Source: Albugo candida
Taxonomy: Eukaryota
DNA length: 20,000 bases
Assembly (NCBI GenBank): GCA_040437565.1
Contig: JBDOQK010000074.1
Location: 109,748-129,747 of the forward strand
Reading direction: 5' to 3'
The notes under the pieces were generated by a model, which did not search any database, was not told the origin of the DNA, and saw only the letters and a program-made list of their open reading frames with translations. Positions 8,641-19,823 of the stretch are shown here, in pieces. Both the position numbers and the translations under genes were made by a program. How positions within the stretch are numbered: the first letter of the stretch is position 1; each line of letters opens with the position of its first letter.

Positions 8641-11600
8641 GCAAGTTGGCTGCTCGGTAGTGAAGCAAGCAGCTCAATATGCCCATTGAAACAAAGAAGA
8701 GTTCAGTAAAATCCGACCACTCAAGAACGATATGTATGTCTCTAATGCCAATGGAAGCAAAGTTTTGGCAGGAGGCATTGGTACAGTTCCAGTTATTCTG
8801 AAAAACAAAACGCCAATTCGGATTGAAAATGTACTATATGTACCAGAACTGGATCGCCGATTGCTATCTATCCCAGCATTAGCAGAAAAAGGACTAGATG
8901 TCTCTTTTGGAAGAGGAATATGTCAAATCAGAGAAAATGAACGAGTTGTAACTCAAGCCACAAAAAAGGGAAGGTTTATATGATGGAGTGTTTATAAATG
9001 AATTAGCACTTGTAAGAACATCCGGTAAAGAGATACATGATCAATAACTATCAAGTTTCAGTGTATGGCATGCTCGACTGGGACATTTACCTTCCAAGAA
9101 AATTGAATCTTTGTAGCACTGTGTTGATAGTTTCATGATAAAATCGATGTCAAAACGAGAAAGAGACGAATAAGTCATTTATGAAGGAGGTATCAATGGG
9201 AAATCTTTTGTGCACCCGTTCTCAAAGTCAGGCCATGGTCAAGTAAAAAGCAAGTCCGTTCTTCAACTAATACATAGTGACGTAGTGGGACCAATGGAAA
9301 CGAAGTCTCAAGGTGGAGCAATATTTATGGTAACTTTTATTGATGATTATTCTAAATGTGTAGTGTCATCTTTCATTCCACACAAATCTGAAGTGATCTA
9401 TCTGTTCCTCGATTTCAAAGCAATGATAAAAAACCAATTGAATTTAAAAATCAAGTGTATTCGAACCGACAATAGTGGCAAATTTATCAGCAATTTGCGA
9501 ATATTTGCAATAGTGCCGGTATTATACACCAAACAACAATTCCGTACTCGCCACAGCAAAATGGAATGGTTGAACGAATAAATCGGACCATTACGGAACG
9601 TGCGAATTTCATGATAAATCACATGCAAGTAGAGAAGAAGTGATGGACTGAAGCCACGAATACTGCAGTTTACATCACGAAACGAGCTGCGTGTGCCTCC
9701 TACCCAGACAAGACACCATACGATATGTGTTTTGGTAGCAAGCCAAGTCTGACTTATTTACGGGTAAATGGTGCCCGAGGTTTTGCTTATATTAATAAAT
9801 CAAGACGGATGAAGCTGGGTAGGAAGGCGATGAAATGTATGTTCCTTGGATGTTCGGACATTATGAAAGGATTCCGCGTATGTAATTTTGAGTCGCAGAA
9901 AATTGAGATTACTCTTTTAGCGCAATTTCAAGAATTAGCCGAGACAAAGTATATTTAGGTTGTCATCAGAGATAAATCATCTGGAAAAAATCGAAGTGGT
10001 TGTCAGTGCGACTATGAAAGCGAAAAAGTACCGATTAGGAGAATTCCGCATGTCTAGAGCATGGATGTAGATCCGACTGAATAGTCAACAGATGCGAACG
10101 AAGATTTGACGAGGTATTCGAATCAGGAGCAGCAATCTTTGAATGCTTATCAGTCATCTCCCAACGTCGATGTGGATTACGCGGAAGACGATCTTAGCAG
10201 TATTCAGCCCATTGTTCCCAGGGGCAGACTGGTTAATTTGAACGTTACGTTACCCGGTTCCTGGAAACCCTCCAATTGGACACGATGTCTCTCTAGCACT
10301 TCCCCCAAATCAATCATCGCAAGCATTAGTTCCAGTGGAACCGTCAACTTCAATCCTTCTAGTAACAAATTCTGATACCATGACACGTCCAGCCAGAGAT
10401 ATCGCACCGAATACGAACAAGGGAATGCGGCAATGGATGCTCCATCATCCAATCAAGAGAAACTGGAGTCACCTGAATCAGTGTTATGGTATATGACAAT
10501 CCAGGACGAGCTTTTAGCACTGACAGAAAAGCAAACGTGGACAGATGTAACAAAGAAGCCAGACAAAAAGGCGATAAGAAGCAAATGGGTCTTTACAATC
10601 AAACGAAATGAACACGGTGAAGTTGAGCGGTTCAAGGCACGATTGGTTGCACTCGAATATCAACAAACTTACGGTGTTAACTACACAGATACGTACTCGC
10701 AATTTTAAACACAATTCGTATTTTCATGGCAATTTGCTGCCATCAAGGGCTTAACATTCATCAGTATGATGCTGATACGGCCTTTCTTAACGGTTATCCG
10801 GGGGAAGATGTGTTTACCTTTCTAACTCAAGGTGTTGAAAGCAAGCCAAACTAAATTTCAAGCTCAATCGAAGTCTATATGGACTTCAACAAGCAGCTGT
10901 GACTTGTTTCAAGACGATATCAACTATATTTGCTCAGATGGGGCTTACTCTCAGACTCATTTATGTTTGTGCGCAAAGATTCCAAGTCATGGTGTTATGT
11001 CATATTATATGTCTATAACATGCTGACCGGAGCCAAAACCATCGACTAGATCAAGAAAGTTGAAAACGAACTTTCGAGTCACTTCAGTCTAAAGGTTCTA
11101 GGAAAGGTGCGATTGATCCTTGGTATTGAAGTGGAATACAAACAAGAGTTGCGACAAATGAAGATCAGTCAAGGAGCTTGCATGTGGAGAATGGTCGAAA
11201 ATTTAACCAAGTCAACGCGAAACCAGTGTATAATCCAAATGTTCTAGGGCTTCTTTTAACGACATCGGAAGAAAAAGATTTGAGAATGAAAAAGCGCCCA
11301 TATCGCTCACTTGTCGACTCTCATCTGTACGTTGCAACGGTCACAAGACCAGATATTTTCATGGTTTGCCTGCTCAGTCGACACCTGGAGCAACCAAGTG
11401 AACAACACTAGAATGCAGCAATCCGTGTTTTGCGATACTTGAAGGCGACTGCAACGAAACGCATATGTTATGAGGCTAATCCAGAAAATATCGAAGTCAG
11501 TGCCTACAGTGATCCGGATTGGGCAAACGAATAGGAGACAAGAAGATCAACTTTCGGTATAATGGTGATGATAAACAACTCTCCAGTGATATTNNNNNNN

Positions 11601-12210
11601 NNNNNNNNNNNNNNNNNNNNNNNNNNNNNNNNNNNNNNNNNNNNNNNNNNNNNNNNNNNNNNNNNNNNNNNNNNNNNNNNNNNNNNNNNNNNNCGACTGC
11701 AACGAAACGCATATGTTATGAGGCTAATCCAGAAAATATCGAAGTCAGTGCCTACAGTGATCCGGATTGGGCAAACGAATAGGAGACAAGAAGATCAACT
11801 TTCGGTATAATGGTGATGATAAACAACTCTCCAGTGATATTCAAGTCAAAACTGCAGCCGAGTGTGGCTCTCAGCACAGCCGAAGCTGAGTACATTGCTA
11901 TCTCGTTATGCATACAGGAAGTCATGTGGTCCAAAAGTTGCTTATCAGAATTAAAGGTGAGGATCGATGATTCAGTGGTTATTCATGAAGACAACCAAAT
12001 TGAAATTGAAATTGCCAAAAAGGATGGATACCAAAGTCGAGCAAAGCATATCGACATACGGTACCATTTTTTCCGTGAGCAAATAAAGGACAAAAAGATC
12101 AGCCCCCATACATTGACACCAAGTTTCAGCTTGCTGATTTTCTGACCAAGTCAGTGTCGACGGAGAAATTTGAGCAACTTCTCATCAAGTCCAACATCAA
12201 GAATTTATCT
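8641..12210 (+). pseudogene. pol: Copia-B pol (protease, integrase, RT, RNase H), multiply disrupted
   Basis: ENVLYVPELDRRLLSI; WHARLGH; IHSDVVGPM...FIDDYS...IRTDNSG; KWVFTIKRNEHGEVERFKARLVA; YVDD decayed to YVYN near 11008; AYSDPDWA, AEAEYIA, EDNQ, AKHIDIRYHF, LADFLTK. Confidence 0.95.
11446..11841. other. Probable assembly artefact: 148-bp exact duplicate around a 100-N gap
   Basis: 11446-11593 equals 11694-11841. Ns at 11594-11693. Confidence 0.85.
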
Positions 12211-12213
12211 TTC

Positions 12214-12221
12214 AGGGGGAG
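12214..12221 (+). promoter_or_regulatory. Polypurine tract of Copia-B
   Basis: AGGGGGAG immediately before the 3' LTR. Confidence 0.9.
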
Positions 12222-12407
12222 TTTTGAAGCTGATGTCCCTGAACCAGTGTGGAACAAATCAGGCTAATCAATTTGCAGCTATTGGACAATAAATTAGTGG
12301 ATGGGGGCGTCTAGTAGGAGGAGGCGTAGACTAGCTTGTGTAGTGAACCAAGGACCTCTTACATTTAATATATCTTACTTTCCAAATTCTGTCACAAGTG
12401 CTAAGAA
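12222..12407 (+). repeat. 3' LTR of Copia-B (186 bp)
   Basis: Direct repeat of 7682-7865, followed by the TSD AGATA. Confidence 0.95.
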
Positions 12408-13075
12408 AGATAATCCAGCCGATTTAATGTGCGACACCTAAACTCGCACCAATATGGCCAACTCATAGAAAATTTCGAGAATAGAATACGTATCAGCTGC
12501 AAATAAAATAGATGGAACACTTTTTTTGAGGACGTGGAAAGAAACTTACAACATTCTACAGCTGATAGAAAATGCAATCATCTGCCTTACGTAGCCATGA
12601 CGCGAATTCTATGAATTGTAAAAATACTTTATGCTAATGATTAATTTACGGTAAGGTTGCACATCTTGTAAGTAAATTGGTAGCGTTTCCGAATAATCGG
12701 AAGCGGACTTTGAGTGTGTGAATGCTTAGGCTTGAACAGCTTCCTGAAGCCGTGAACTGGGAAAACAACTTCTTTTAATGTAATCACGTTCTAGAATATC
12801 GGGTCTGATATCGCTCTGTCAAAAATGAGAGGAAAGAAGTTCTATCGTGGTTATGGCAAAGTCCGAAGTGCGTATATATTTTTGTTTTTCTCTGTTCTCT
12901 TCACCTCGTCTTCATTTACTTTAACCGGTTCTGTGCCGTTTCTGTCACTGACATATGTTCGCACCGGAATCAAATCCATCGATTGTCTTAGTAAGTAGAT
13001 CGACTACACACTGCTTTTTACCGTACTCGAGTTGATGAAGCCATCACCAGCGCGATCCGTGCTTCGATTGTGATC

Positions 13076-13591
13076 TTTCTTGCATCGATCGCGGTCAACA
13101 GCAATTGTCCCTTAGATAGATCGTTTGTTCTACACTCAAGTTCATTAGTGTTTCCTACTTCGGTATAGTTTTAGCAAACACTTTAAGGTTCTTTGTAAGC
13201 TTTGAGCAAACGTATGCTTCTCATTTGTTTTCTGCCGTAAATAAGAGATTCAATGAAAAGTAAATCTTGAGATCTACTCAAAANNNNNNNNNNNNNNNNN
13301 NNNNNNNNNNNNNNNNNNNNNNNNNNNNNNNNNNNNNNNNNNNNNNNNNNNNNNNNNNNNNNNNNNNNNNNNNNNNNNNNNNNTTTCTTGCATCGATCGC
13401 GGTCAACAGCAATTGTCCCTTAGATAGATCGTTTGTTCTACACTCAAGTTCATTAGTGTTTCCTACTTCGGTATAGTTTTAGCAAACACTTTAAGGTTCT
13501 TTGTAAGCTTTGAGCAAACGTATGCTTCTCATTTGTTTTCTGCCGTAAATAAGAGATTCAATGAAAAGTAAATCTTGAGATCTACTCAAAA
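13076..13591. other. Probable assembly artefact: 208-bp exact duplicate around a 100-N gap
   Basis: 13076-13283 equals 13384-13591. Ns at 13284-13383. Confidence 0.85.
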
Positions 13592-14899
13592 CTCTACTGA
13601 ATTGCCTTAAGTCTGAGAGTAGCTTATCTATAATACACCATGATCGTTTTTTTTTTCAATTCTTATACGTTTTCCTCCGTCAGTGTATACAGTCCAAACT
13701 ACTGTGTTGAGTTTCCTGATGAAGGAATAAAATGGAAGATTGTATATTTTGCAAGCCACTATGTCAGAAAAATAGTCGTTTCTAGACTACTTATAGTCTA
13801 GTGGCACAAGTCTCTTCTAAAACGTTTATATTGCCTATGCTGGGATTTTAGCAAGATTGAATTATTGAATTGCGGTTTTAAATCAAATAGAACAAGAGGT
13901 GCTGCTACCTATTTGTGAAGTTGGCAAGTCCTCCTTATCGGTTGAACATCATTAGCCTGCCTTTGACCTGGACACATTGTATCGAAAGATTTACTTTTAC
14001 TTGGAAGCCTCCTTCTCTTGATATGTGTACAAGTGCGTACTCAATGTTACTGATAACGTCACATTGACAAATATTCGAGCTTTGAAGACGATGAGATACG
14101 TATGTCCCACTTGCAAACTTTTAACAAATGGAATGAGACGGAAGTTTTGAGTGCAAAAGTCACATAAAGAGTGTAACATCGACTCCCGCCTCCGTGTCGA
14201 AATACTACCGGAACGTTTGCAGGCTTTGTGAGACTCGGTATGAATCATCAAGCCGCTACTGAAGTCAAATGCTCAAAACGACTTTATTTGTACAGTGTAT
14301 CTTGAAGATGGTGATTTGACTTTCTATATAATTGTTGGAGACGGTCAAGAGCGCGCACGGACAGATTCCAGTAGTCACTGTGCACTGTGAATAGATCTTG
14401 GAAACGTACAGGTTGCAAACGGAAAGCGACCGCTACGCAACGAATATAAAAAAATAGACGACTCACTGGCTACAAAACCTTCGTATCTGGACAGGACTCA
14501 AGTCCCGACGATCGAGCTCTTTGCAAATAACTAAACGGATTATAAATGCGCTTTATCAAATGATAAAGCTTTCTACGACACGTGGCATTTTCATATGGTA
14601 TTAACGAACTATGAATTTTTCGAAACGCTTCAGCCGAATAATTCTCGCTAGTCGCTATCTCCTACGATCGACGGGATATGAGATCGGAAGCCTTTGATAG
14701 TACTGAAAGACAGCATGATGAGCTATCTAAACTCTGTCTCTGTGATAGAAAATGGAGCTCAAAGAACGACACAGGCGTTGCGCAGTATCGAGATCCTATA
14801 ATTCATTGCGTTTAAGAACACACAAATCACCCAGGCAACCGAAAAATAGGTTCTGGATATTTGCGAGGAGCAACTAAATCCTAATAATATGGAAACTTG

Positions 14900-15076
14900 T
14901 GGTTAAAGAGTTGAACCCTAGTTATTATGTTCATCAGTTTGTAGTTAGATGGAAATATTAGAACTAAATGTATTTGTTCTTATGTTCCTATCTAACTTAT
15001 GTGTAGCTTTCGATAAAATTCTCCGCACATTCCAATGGAAGCGGTTTTCCAAATCAAAAGTTGCGCTCTTTCAACA
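14900..15076 (-). repeat. Putative 3' LTR of Copia-C
   Basis: The minus strand starts TGTTGAAAGAG at 15076, right after the PPT. A 9/11 inverted match (TGGTTAAAGAG on +, 14900-14910) marks the likely far end. Confidence 0.6.
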
Positions 15077-15088
15077 CTCCTTCCCTTG
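15077..15088 (-). promoter_or_regulatory. Polypurine tract of Copia-C
   Basis: The minus strand reads CAAGGGAAGGAG followed by TGTTGA. Confidence 0.85.
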
Positions 15089-15096
15089 TGGTCGAA

Positions 15097-18000
15097 CTAA
15101 CCCGTGAGCATGAAAAGTCTGCAGAAATCGCTGAGTCGGGTCGCCGGGAGGGTCCTGGTCGGATGTCCTCCGGCATTTTCTTGGAATCGCAGAACTGCAC
15201 CTTCAGCAATTTCATTTTCTCCAGATCGTTGACAACTTGTATCGCACAGCGCTGTTCTTAGCTAGATCGAACGCGTCTTCGCCCTCGATCTTGCTGATAG
15301 CTGCTTGGTTATCCACTTGTAAAAGCGAGCATGAATTATTTGGCACGTCAATTTCCTCTAACATTTCAATAATTCCCATTATTACAGCAGCTTCTCGCGA
15401 AGCCGCCAAAAGATCGGACTCCACCGTGAACAGTGCGACACACTTCTGTTTCTTGCATAGCCACCCCAAGAACATGCGCTCCACCATTAAAAGACCCCCT
15501 CTGACCGATTTCCGATCAGTTTCTTCTTCAGCGCAGTCGGCATCACTGAACATCTCAGCCAGCACCCCGTCGTCTTTCATTGCAACCTTGACTCTCCACC
15601 ATAAATTTGAGTTCTTTTTTGGCCGTAAGATACTTGGCTATCATCTGTGCCAGAAGCCGATCCTCTTTACATGGCGCTTGTGAACGTCGAGTGGCTCGGT
15701 TCACTGCAAATACTATGTCTGGTCGTTTGCACCGAGCCAATGTATTAAAATGCCCACCAGCAGCTGAAATCACTGCACAGTCCTTTTTTTTTGCAAGCCT
15801 CTTCCATTGTCGACAGCAGCGCAATTTCTTCTTCTCCATATTATCCACCGACTGAAACTCTTCTCGGAGTCGATTTGGCCAGCCCGAAATTGTCGAGCAT
15901 CTGCTCGATAATATTTTCCTGGTCGACTGCTCGCCCGGTCTCTTTATTGTGATCAGACGCAATACCAAGAAATTTGGTGACTACGCTTAGATCCTTCAGC
16001 TCAACAACTTGCATGCAGCTTAGAAATTACCAATCTTCTTTACGGTGGTTCCCGTCGCTAGCACGTCGTCCACGCAGATACCCACGAGCGTCCTACCATC
16101 AGTCTCGGTCTTGATGTGTACAAAAATGTATGTATAGCACTGACCGAAACCCAAAGACATTAAGATCTCGTGAAGCATCATATTCCACAGCCTTCCTAAA
16201 TGTATGAGGCCGTACAAGTCTTCTTGAGTCTCAACGCGAGTGTCTTTTGTCCCGCATAGCAAGTTTTTCCAGACAAATGGCGTTGATTTCGGTAAACGGT
16301 GTGGTATTTTTAAGTCGTCTTCTTTTTTGTCTCGGACAAAAAAGCTCGGTACATCACCGTGTCGCGCAGGTACTTCCCTCATCCTTTACACAACGAAGAC
16401 CACTTTGTTAGACAACATTTCCATCACAGCCGAGAAAGTATATGTATAATTAGCACCATAGACTTGTTCGTCCCGGCGCGAAACTAATCCCGCCTTGTAG
16501 TATAGTATCATCGGCGTGCATCTTTAGTTTTACAGCCCAAATTCTGGGAAGTATCTTGGATTCGCAAGTTTTGAACTCACTCTTCAAGGATCCTTTTGTT
16601 TTAGTGGGTCAATCTCTGTGCGCATTGACTCATGCATATGCTTGAATCGAGGGTTTCCATTCGCTTCGCTATACTTCTTGGCTTCTTTGAGCGTAGTCGC
16701 GTTCACACGGTTCATCGGTACATGTTTGGCGTGTTTGGTACTCTTTATGCGATTTTGTATGCACTCTGTTCTTCTACGGATTTAGTCGTCTTCCTTTTTC
16801 TTTCGTCCAGAATATCTTTGTTCTCAGGCGTCTTGTGCTTCCGTATTACCTCTTATGTTGAAAGTACCGCCACTGACTCCTTCTGCTTTTTGCGGCCTCA
16901 TTTCGCCCCATTCGCGCTCAAGCTACTCTTGAAGCTGTGCGTTCTGGTTCCTTTTGATTGTCTTAACGTTCGTAGCTGCTGCGTTCTTATGAAGTCCTCG
17001 CCTTCGGCAGGTATACTTCGGAGTCCCATACTCTCATCGCTTTATCACTCTAGCCCAAGATTTCGGCTTCTATGGTTCTTTTCGGGATCCCTGAACATCG
17101 AGCACGGGATGCGAAAAGGTACCATTTCCGCCAGGTCAGGGATCGTACCCGTCAACATCTCAAGCGGTGACATACGCTTTGAGTTGGCGTTCCACGACAT
17201 CTGGTTCTAGACACAAGTCGCGTATGCAACAGCGTCACCTTCAAATAATAGAGAAACACCCTTCACAAAAAGCAAGTATCTTGCCATGTTGAACACCATC
17301 CACTGCATCGGCTCAGCTCTTCCACTTGATTTCTGATTCTTAGCTTCGCTTACTTGACTTCTCACTCCAGCTAATTTGCAAAAGGAGCGACCGTATACTC
17401 ACTCCATGCCGCTGTCCGTGTGCAGTACATGAACCCGACAAATAAATCTCATCTCGAACTGAAGCAGGAGATATTCAAAACGTTTTGGTCACCTCGATCT
17501 TGTTCTTGGCTACGAAAATGCATATGTGGTTCTTTGAGTAGTCGATGAAATTGATAAGTTAACAATTGCCACGGGGTCTTGCAGAGTCATCGGTCCCTTG
17601 ATGTCAGTGCTGCTAACTCACAAACCTTGTTGATGGCGCTTTCTCGGCCTAATTGCTTTTTTTCTGTTCTTGCCTTGTGCGTAAGTTCGACAGTTTGGTC
17701 GAGCTCGGTCTGTCATCCGAGCACCAGAGCCCACCTAGTCGGTCATTTTCGACAGTGTTGTAGTAGGTAGGGTGTCCGAGCCTCTTGAGCAGTTCTACCA
17801 GGGCTGTATCAATAATGGCTTCTTCGTAAACTTGTAGAACGGCTCGTTTGACTATTCGAACGCGCGTCTCCTTCGTTCTTTCACGCGTGGCGTTAATTTT
17901 TAAGACGTTGTTGCTGCGAAAGACCTCAGAGATATTCATACTGTCCGCTTGGAGCAACAAGTACCTTCGGTTGCCATCTCGCTTGAAGAACACAACGCGC

Positions 18001-18265
18001 TATTCGAATATAGTGTAACTGATGATGTTTCCAGAAGGTTCACCGCATAGTAAAACTCGGTCAGGTCAACTATAACCTATTTTCCACTAAAAGCTATCCT
18101 CAGCTCGGCCGATTCCACCTTGATAACTCCAACCATCGTGTTGTTCGAAGCGCGCCACGAATGGTCACAATTAATACACGTTCTTCAGCAACTTGCATCT
18201 TTCAGTCAATGCACGCACGACCCGCTGTCCAGAACACACGAATCAGAGACAGCCTTCGTACCTAT
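15097..18265 (-). pseudogene. pol: Copia-C pol remnants
   Basis: Protease VLDSGSCVH (~18230); HHCC region KRLGHPTY; integrase NFIDYSKN; RT HGDVPSFFV, LYGLIHLGRLWN, LVGICVDDVLATG (YVDD>CVDD), RPDIVFAV; RNase H FSDADCA...DRKSV, VDNQAAI. Confidence 0.93.
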
Positions 18266-18926
18266 CCCTGTGGGGCAAGCGAGAACCCGCCCGACGCCCC
18301 TTTTTTATTATTTTTCGTCCTTTTTTGGTGGGATGATTAAAGCTACAACGTATTCAATTCCTTCAGCAGTTCGCATCCGATACGTCAACAATTATTCCTG
18401 CGAATTGGACAACTGNNNNNNNNNNNNNNNNNNNNNNNNNNNNNNNNNNNNNNNNNNNNNNNNNNNNNNNNNNNNNNNNNNNNNNNNNNNNNNNNNNNNN
18501 NNNNNNNNNNNNNNNTTGACAACTTTACAACTTTACAGCATTCACAAGCTGGACACAGTCTCGTATTAAGGATGCTGAGGCTACTACGATACGAGATTAT
18601 CAACGAGAAGACATATTATCATCTCTCACAGGTATTTCACGAAACGTTTATATATATATATGTTATTTAAGATAGCCTTGGCAACTAGAGAAGTCAGTTT
18701 AGTCTAATTCTAGTAATATAGACACCTTCAACTGAGGCTATCATTCTCAACCTGAAACCATCTTTAAAAACCAACTTATAGAACACAAGGTTCTTCTGTC
18801 ATGAATGACCCGTACATAGTGAATTATTAGGACTCAGTTTACAGAATGGAATATTTTTGTGTTATTAACCGACCGTGACCTGCGAAATAGTCCAACAACA
18901 ATGAGTTACACGAACAAACGCGAACG

Positions 18927-19196
18927 CTAACTAGAGTGAGTGATTGCAAAGTTGAGCGCAAAATAGTTCACGTCGAAAAGTAGCGGGTAGTGCGTTTGGC
19001 GGATCCTCATGCCCTTGTTTTTGTACCGACCAGCGTGGACGCAAGCAAGCCACACCTTCCTAGTATTTCCGTACTTGTCGGCCTTTGTGCGGGCTCTCTT
19101 TGTGGGATAGCCTTCTTGCCACCCAAAGGTTTGCACTGCCTCTTCTGTAATCTCATAGGTCTCATAGTTGTGTTCCAGGGGTGGAGCAAGTGGCAT
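18927..19196 (-). pseudogene. N-terminal fragment of a Mutator-like (MULE) transposase, FAR1/WRKY-GCM-type DNA-binding domain
   Basis: YETYEITEEAVQTFGWQEGY...R...RKVWLACVHAGRY...THYP resembles the FAR1-type pattern (F.S.E.A...V..FA...GY...R.....L.C...G.Y...T.CP). No DDE core follows. Recognised by eye only. Confidence 0.65.
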
Positions 19197-19271
19197 AGTA
19201 AGGACAGAGTATTCACGTTAGCGTACTTATAGCAATGCATGTAGATGTCTAGCGATTTTGAAAATTAAGAG

Positions 19272-19410
19272 GTGTGGTAATACAGGTTCCCTTAAATAAT
19301 TTGAATTTAGCGAGTGTGGCGAAACCGGTTTCCATTTCTTTAGGATATTCTGGGGTATGGCTATACCGGTGTTCTCATTTAAGTTAAGTTGTGTGGCTAT
19401 ACCGAATCCC
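19272..19410 (+). repeat. Four degenerate ~19-bp direct repeats (consensus GTGTGGCTATACCGGTTCC), probable subterminal repeats
   Basis: Copies at 19272, 19314, 19355 and 19391, separated by AT-rich linkers. Confidence 0.65.
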
Positions 19411-19592
19411 TATTGTGCAAATAAGAAAAGAAATGATATTTACGTGGCCATAATCAGCGCCGGTATTATTCTATTGATTTTGACTCTATAAAATGAGGAA
19501 GTTTCATAATATATTTTATGTTGAAGCAGTGATATAGCTACCTTATCGATCAATCATATTAATGTTACACAAATCAATCAATCAGGGGTGTT

Positions 19593-19637
19593 TTGTCTGT
19601 GGCAACAGTCAAAACGTCAGTGGCAATAGCCACACCC
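19593..19637 (-). repeat. Putative 5' TIR of the MULE remnant
   Basis: The minus strand reads GGGTGTGGCTATTGCCACTGAC...GCCACAGAC, about 440 bp upstream of the transposase ATG. It shares GTGTGGCTAT with the internal repeats and is homologous to 523-566. Confidence 0.5.
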
Positions 19638-19681
19638 ACGTTGTATTTTTATTTTTAGGGATAAAAAGACTCCTTAATTTG

Positions 19682-19823
19682 GGAATCGTTATTCAGCCCC
19701 ACCTTTCCTCAATTAGCCCCCAGCCTCCATAAATTATTGGAATGCCTGGGTTCAGATTGGTTCAAATAAATATAACAGAATGAATAAAATAAAACCACCG
19801 GAATCGTTATTCATCCCTCACCC
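19682..19823 (+). repeat. 14-bp exact direct repeat GGAATCGTTATTCA followed by C-rich tails
   Basis: 19682-19695 and 19800-19813, followed by GCCCCACC and TCCCTCACC. Confidence 0.55.

Larger units (their letters stand above)
7682..12407 (+). mobile_element. Copia-B: structurally complete but coding-dead Ty1/Copia LTR retrotransposon (about 4.48 kb without the gap artefact)
   Basis: Paired LTRs, PBS, gag-PR-INT-RT-RH, PPT, and a 5-bp TSD AGATA at 7677-7681 and 12408-12412. Confidence 0.97.
14900..18265 (-). mobile_element. Copia-C: degenerate Ty1/Copia element, 5'-truncated (gag and 5' LTR not seen)
   Basis: Minus-strand PR-INT-RT-RH, then PPT and a TGTTGA LTR start. Outer boundaries are approximate. 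Confidence 0.92.

Noticed and set aside
16632..17210. 192-aa plus-strand ORF, and 15237-15683, as independent genes
   Set aside because: They are antisense shadows of Copia-C pol. The F/L/S-rich composition mirrors the K/E/R-rich linker on the other strand.
18272..18306. GC hairpin followed by T6, like an intrinsic terminator
   Set aside because: The context is eukaryotic TE sequence, the stem is weak and there is no upstream gene or Pol III box. It only lies near the Copia-C breakpoint.
5515..18603. ORFs in the track that span X runs
   Set aside because: They are created by translating through the 100-N gaps.
19272..19410. CRISPR array
   Set aside because: The repeats are short and degenerate, the spacers are irregular, there are no cas genes and the context is eukaryotic. 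Transposon subterminal repeats explain it better.
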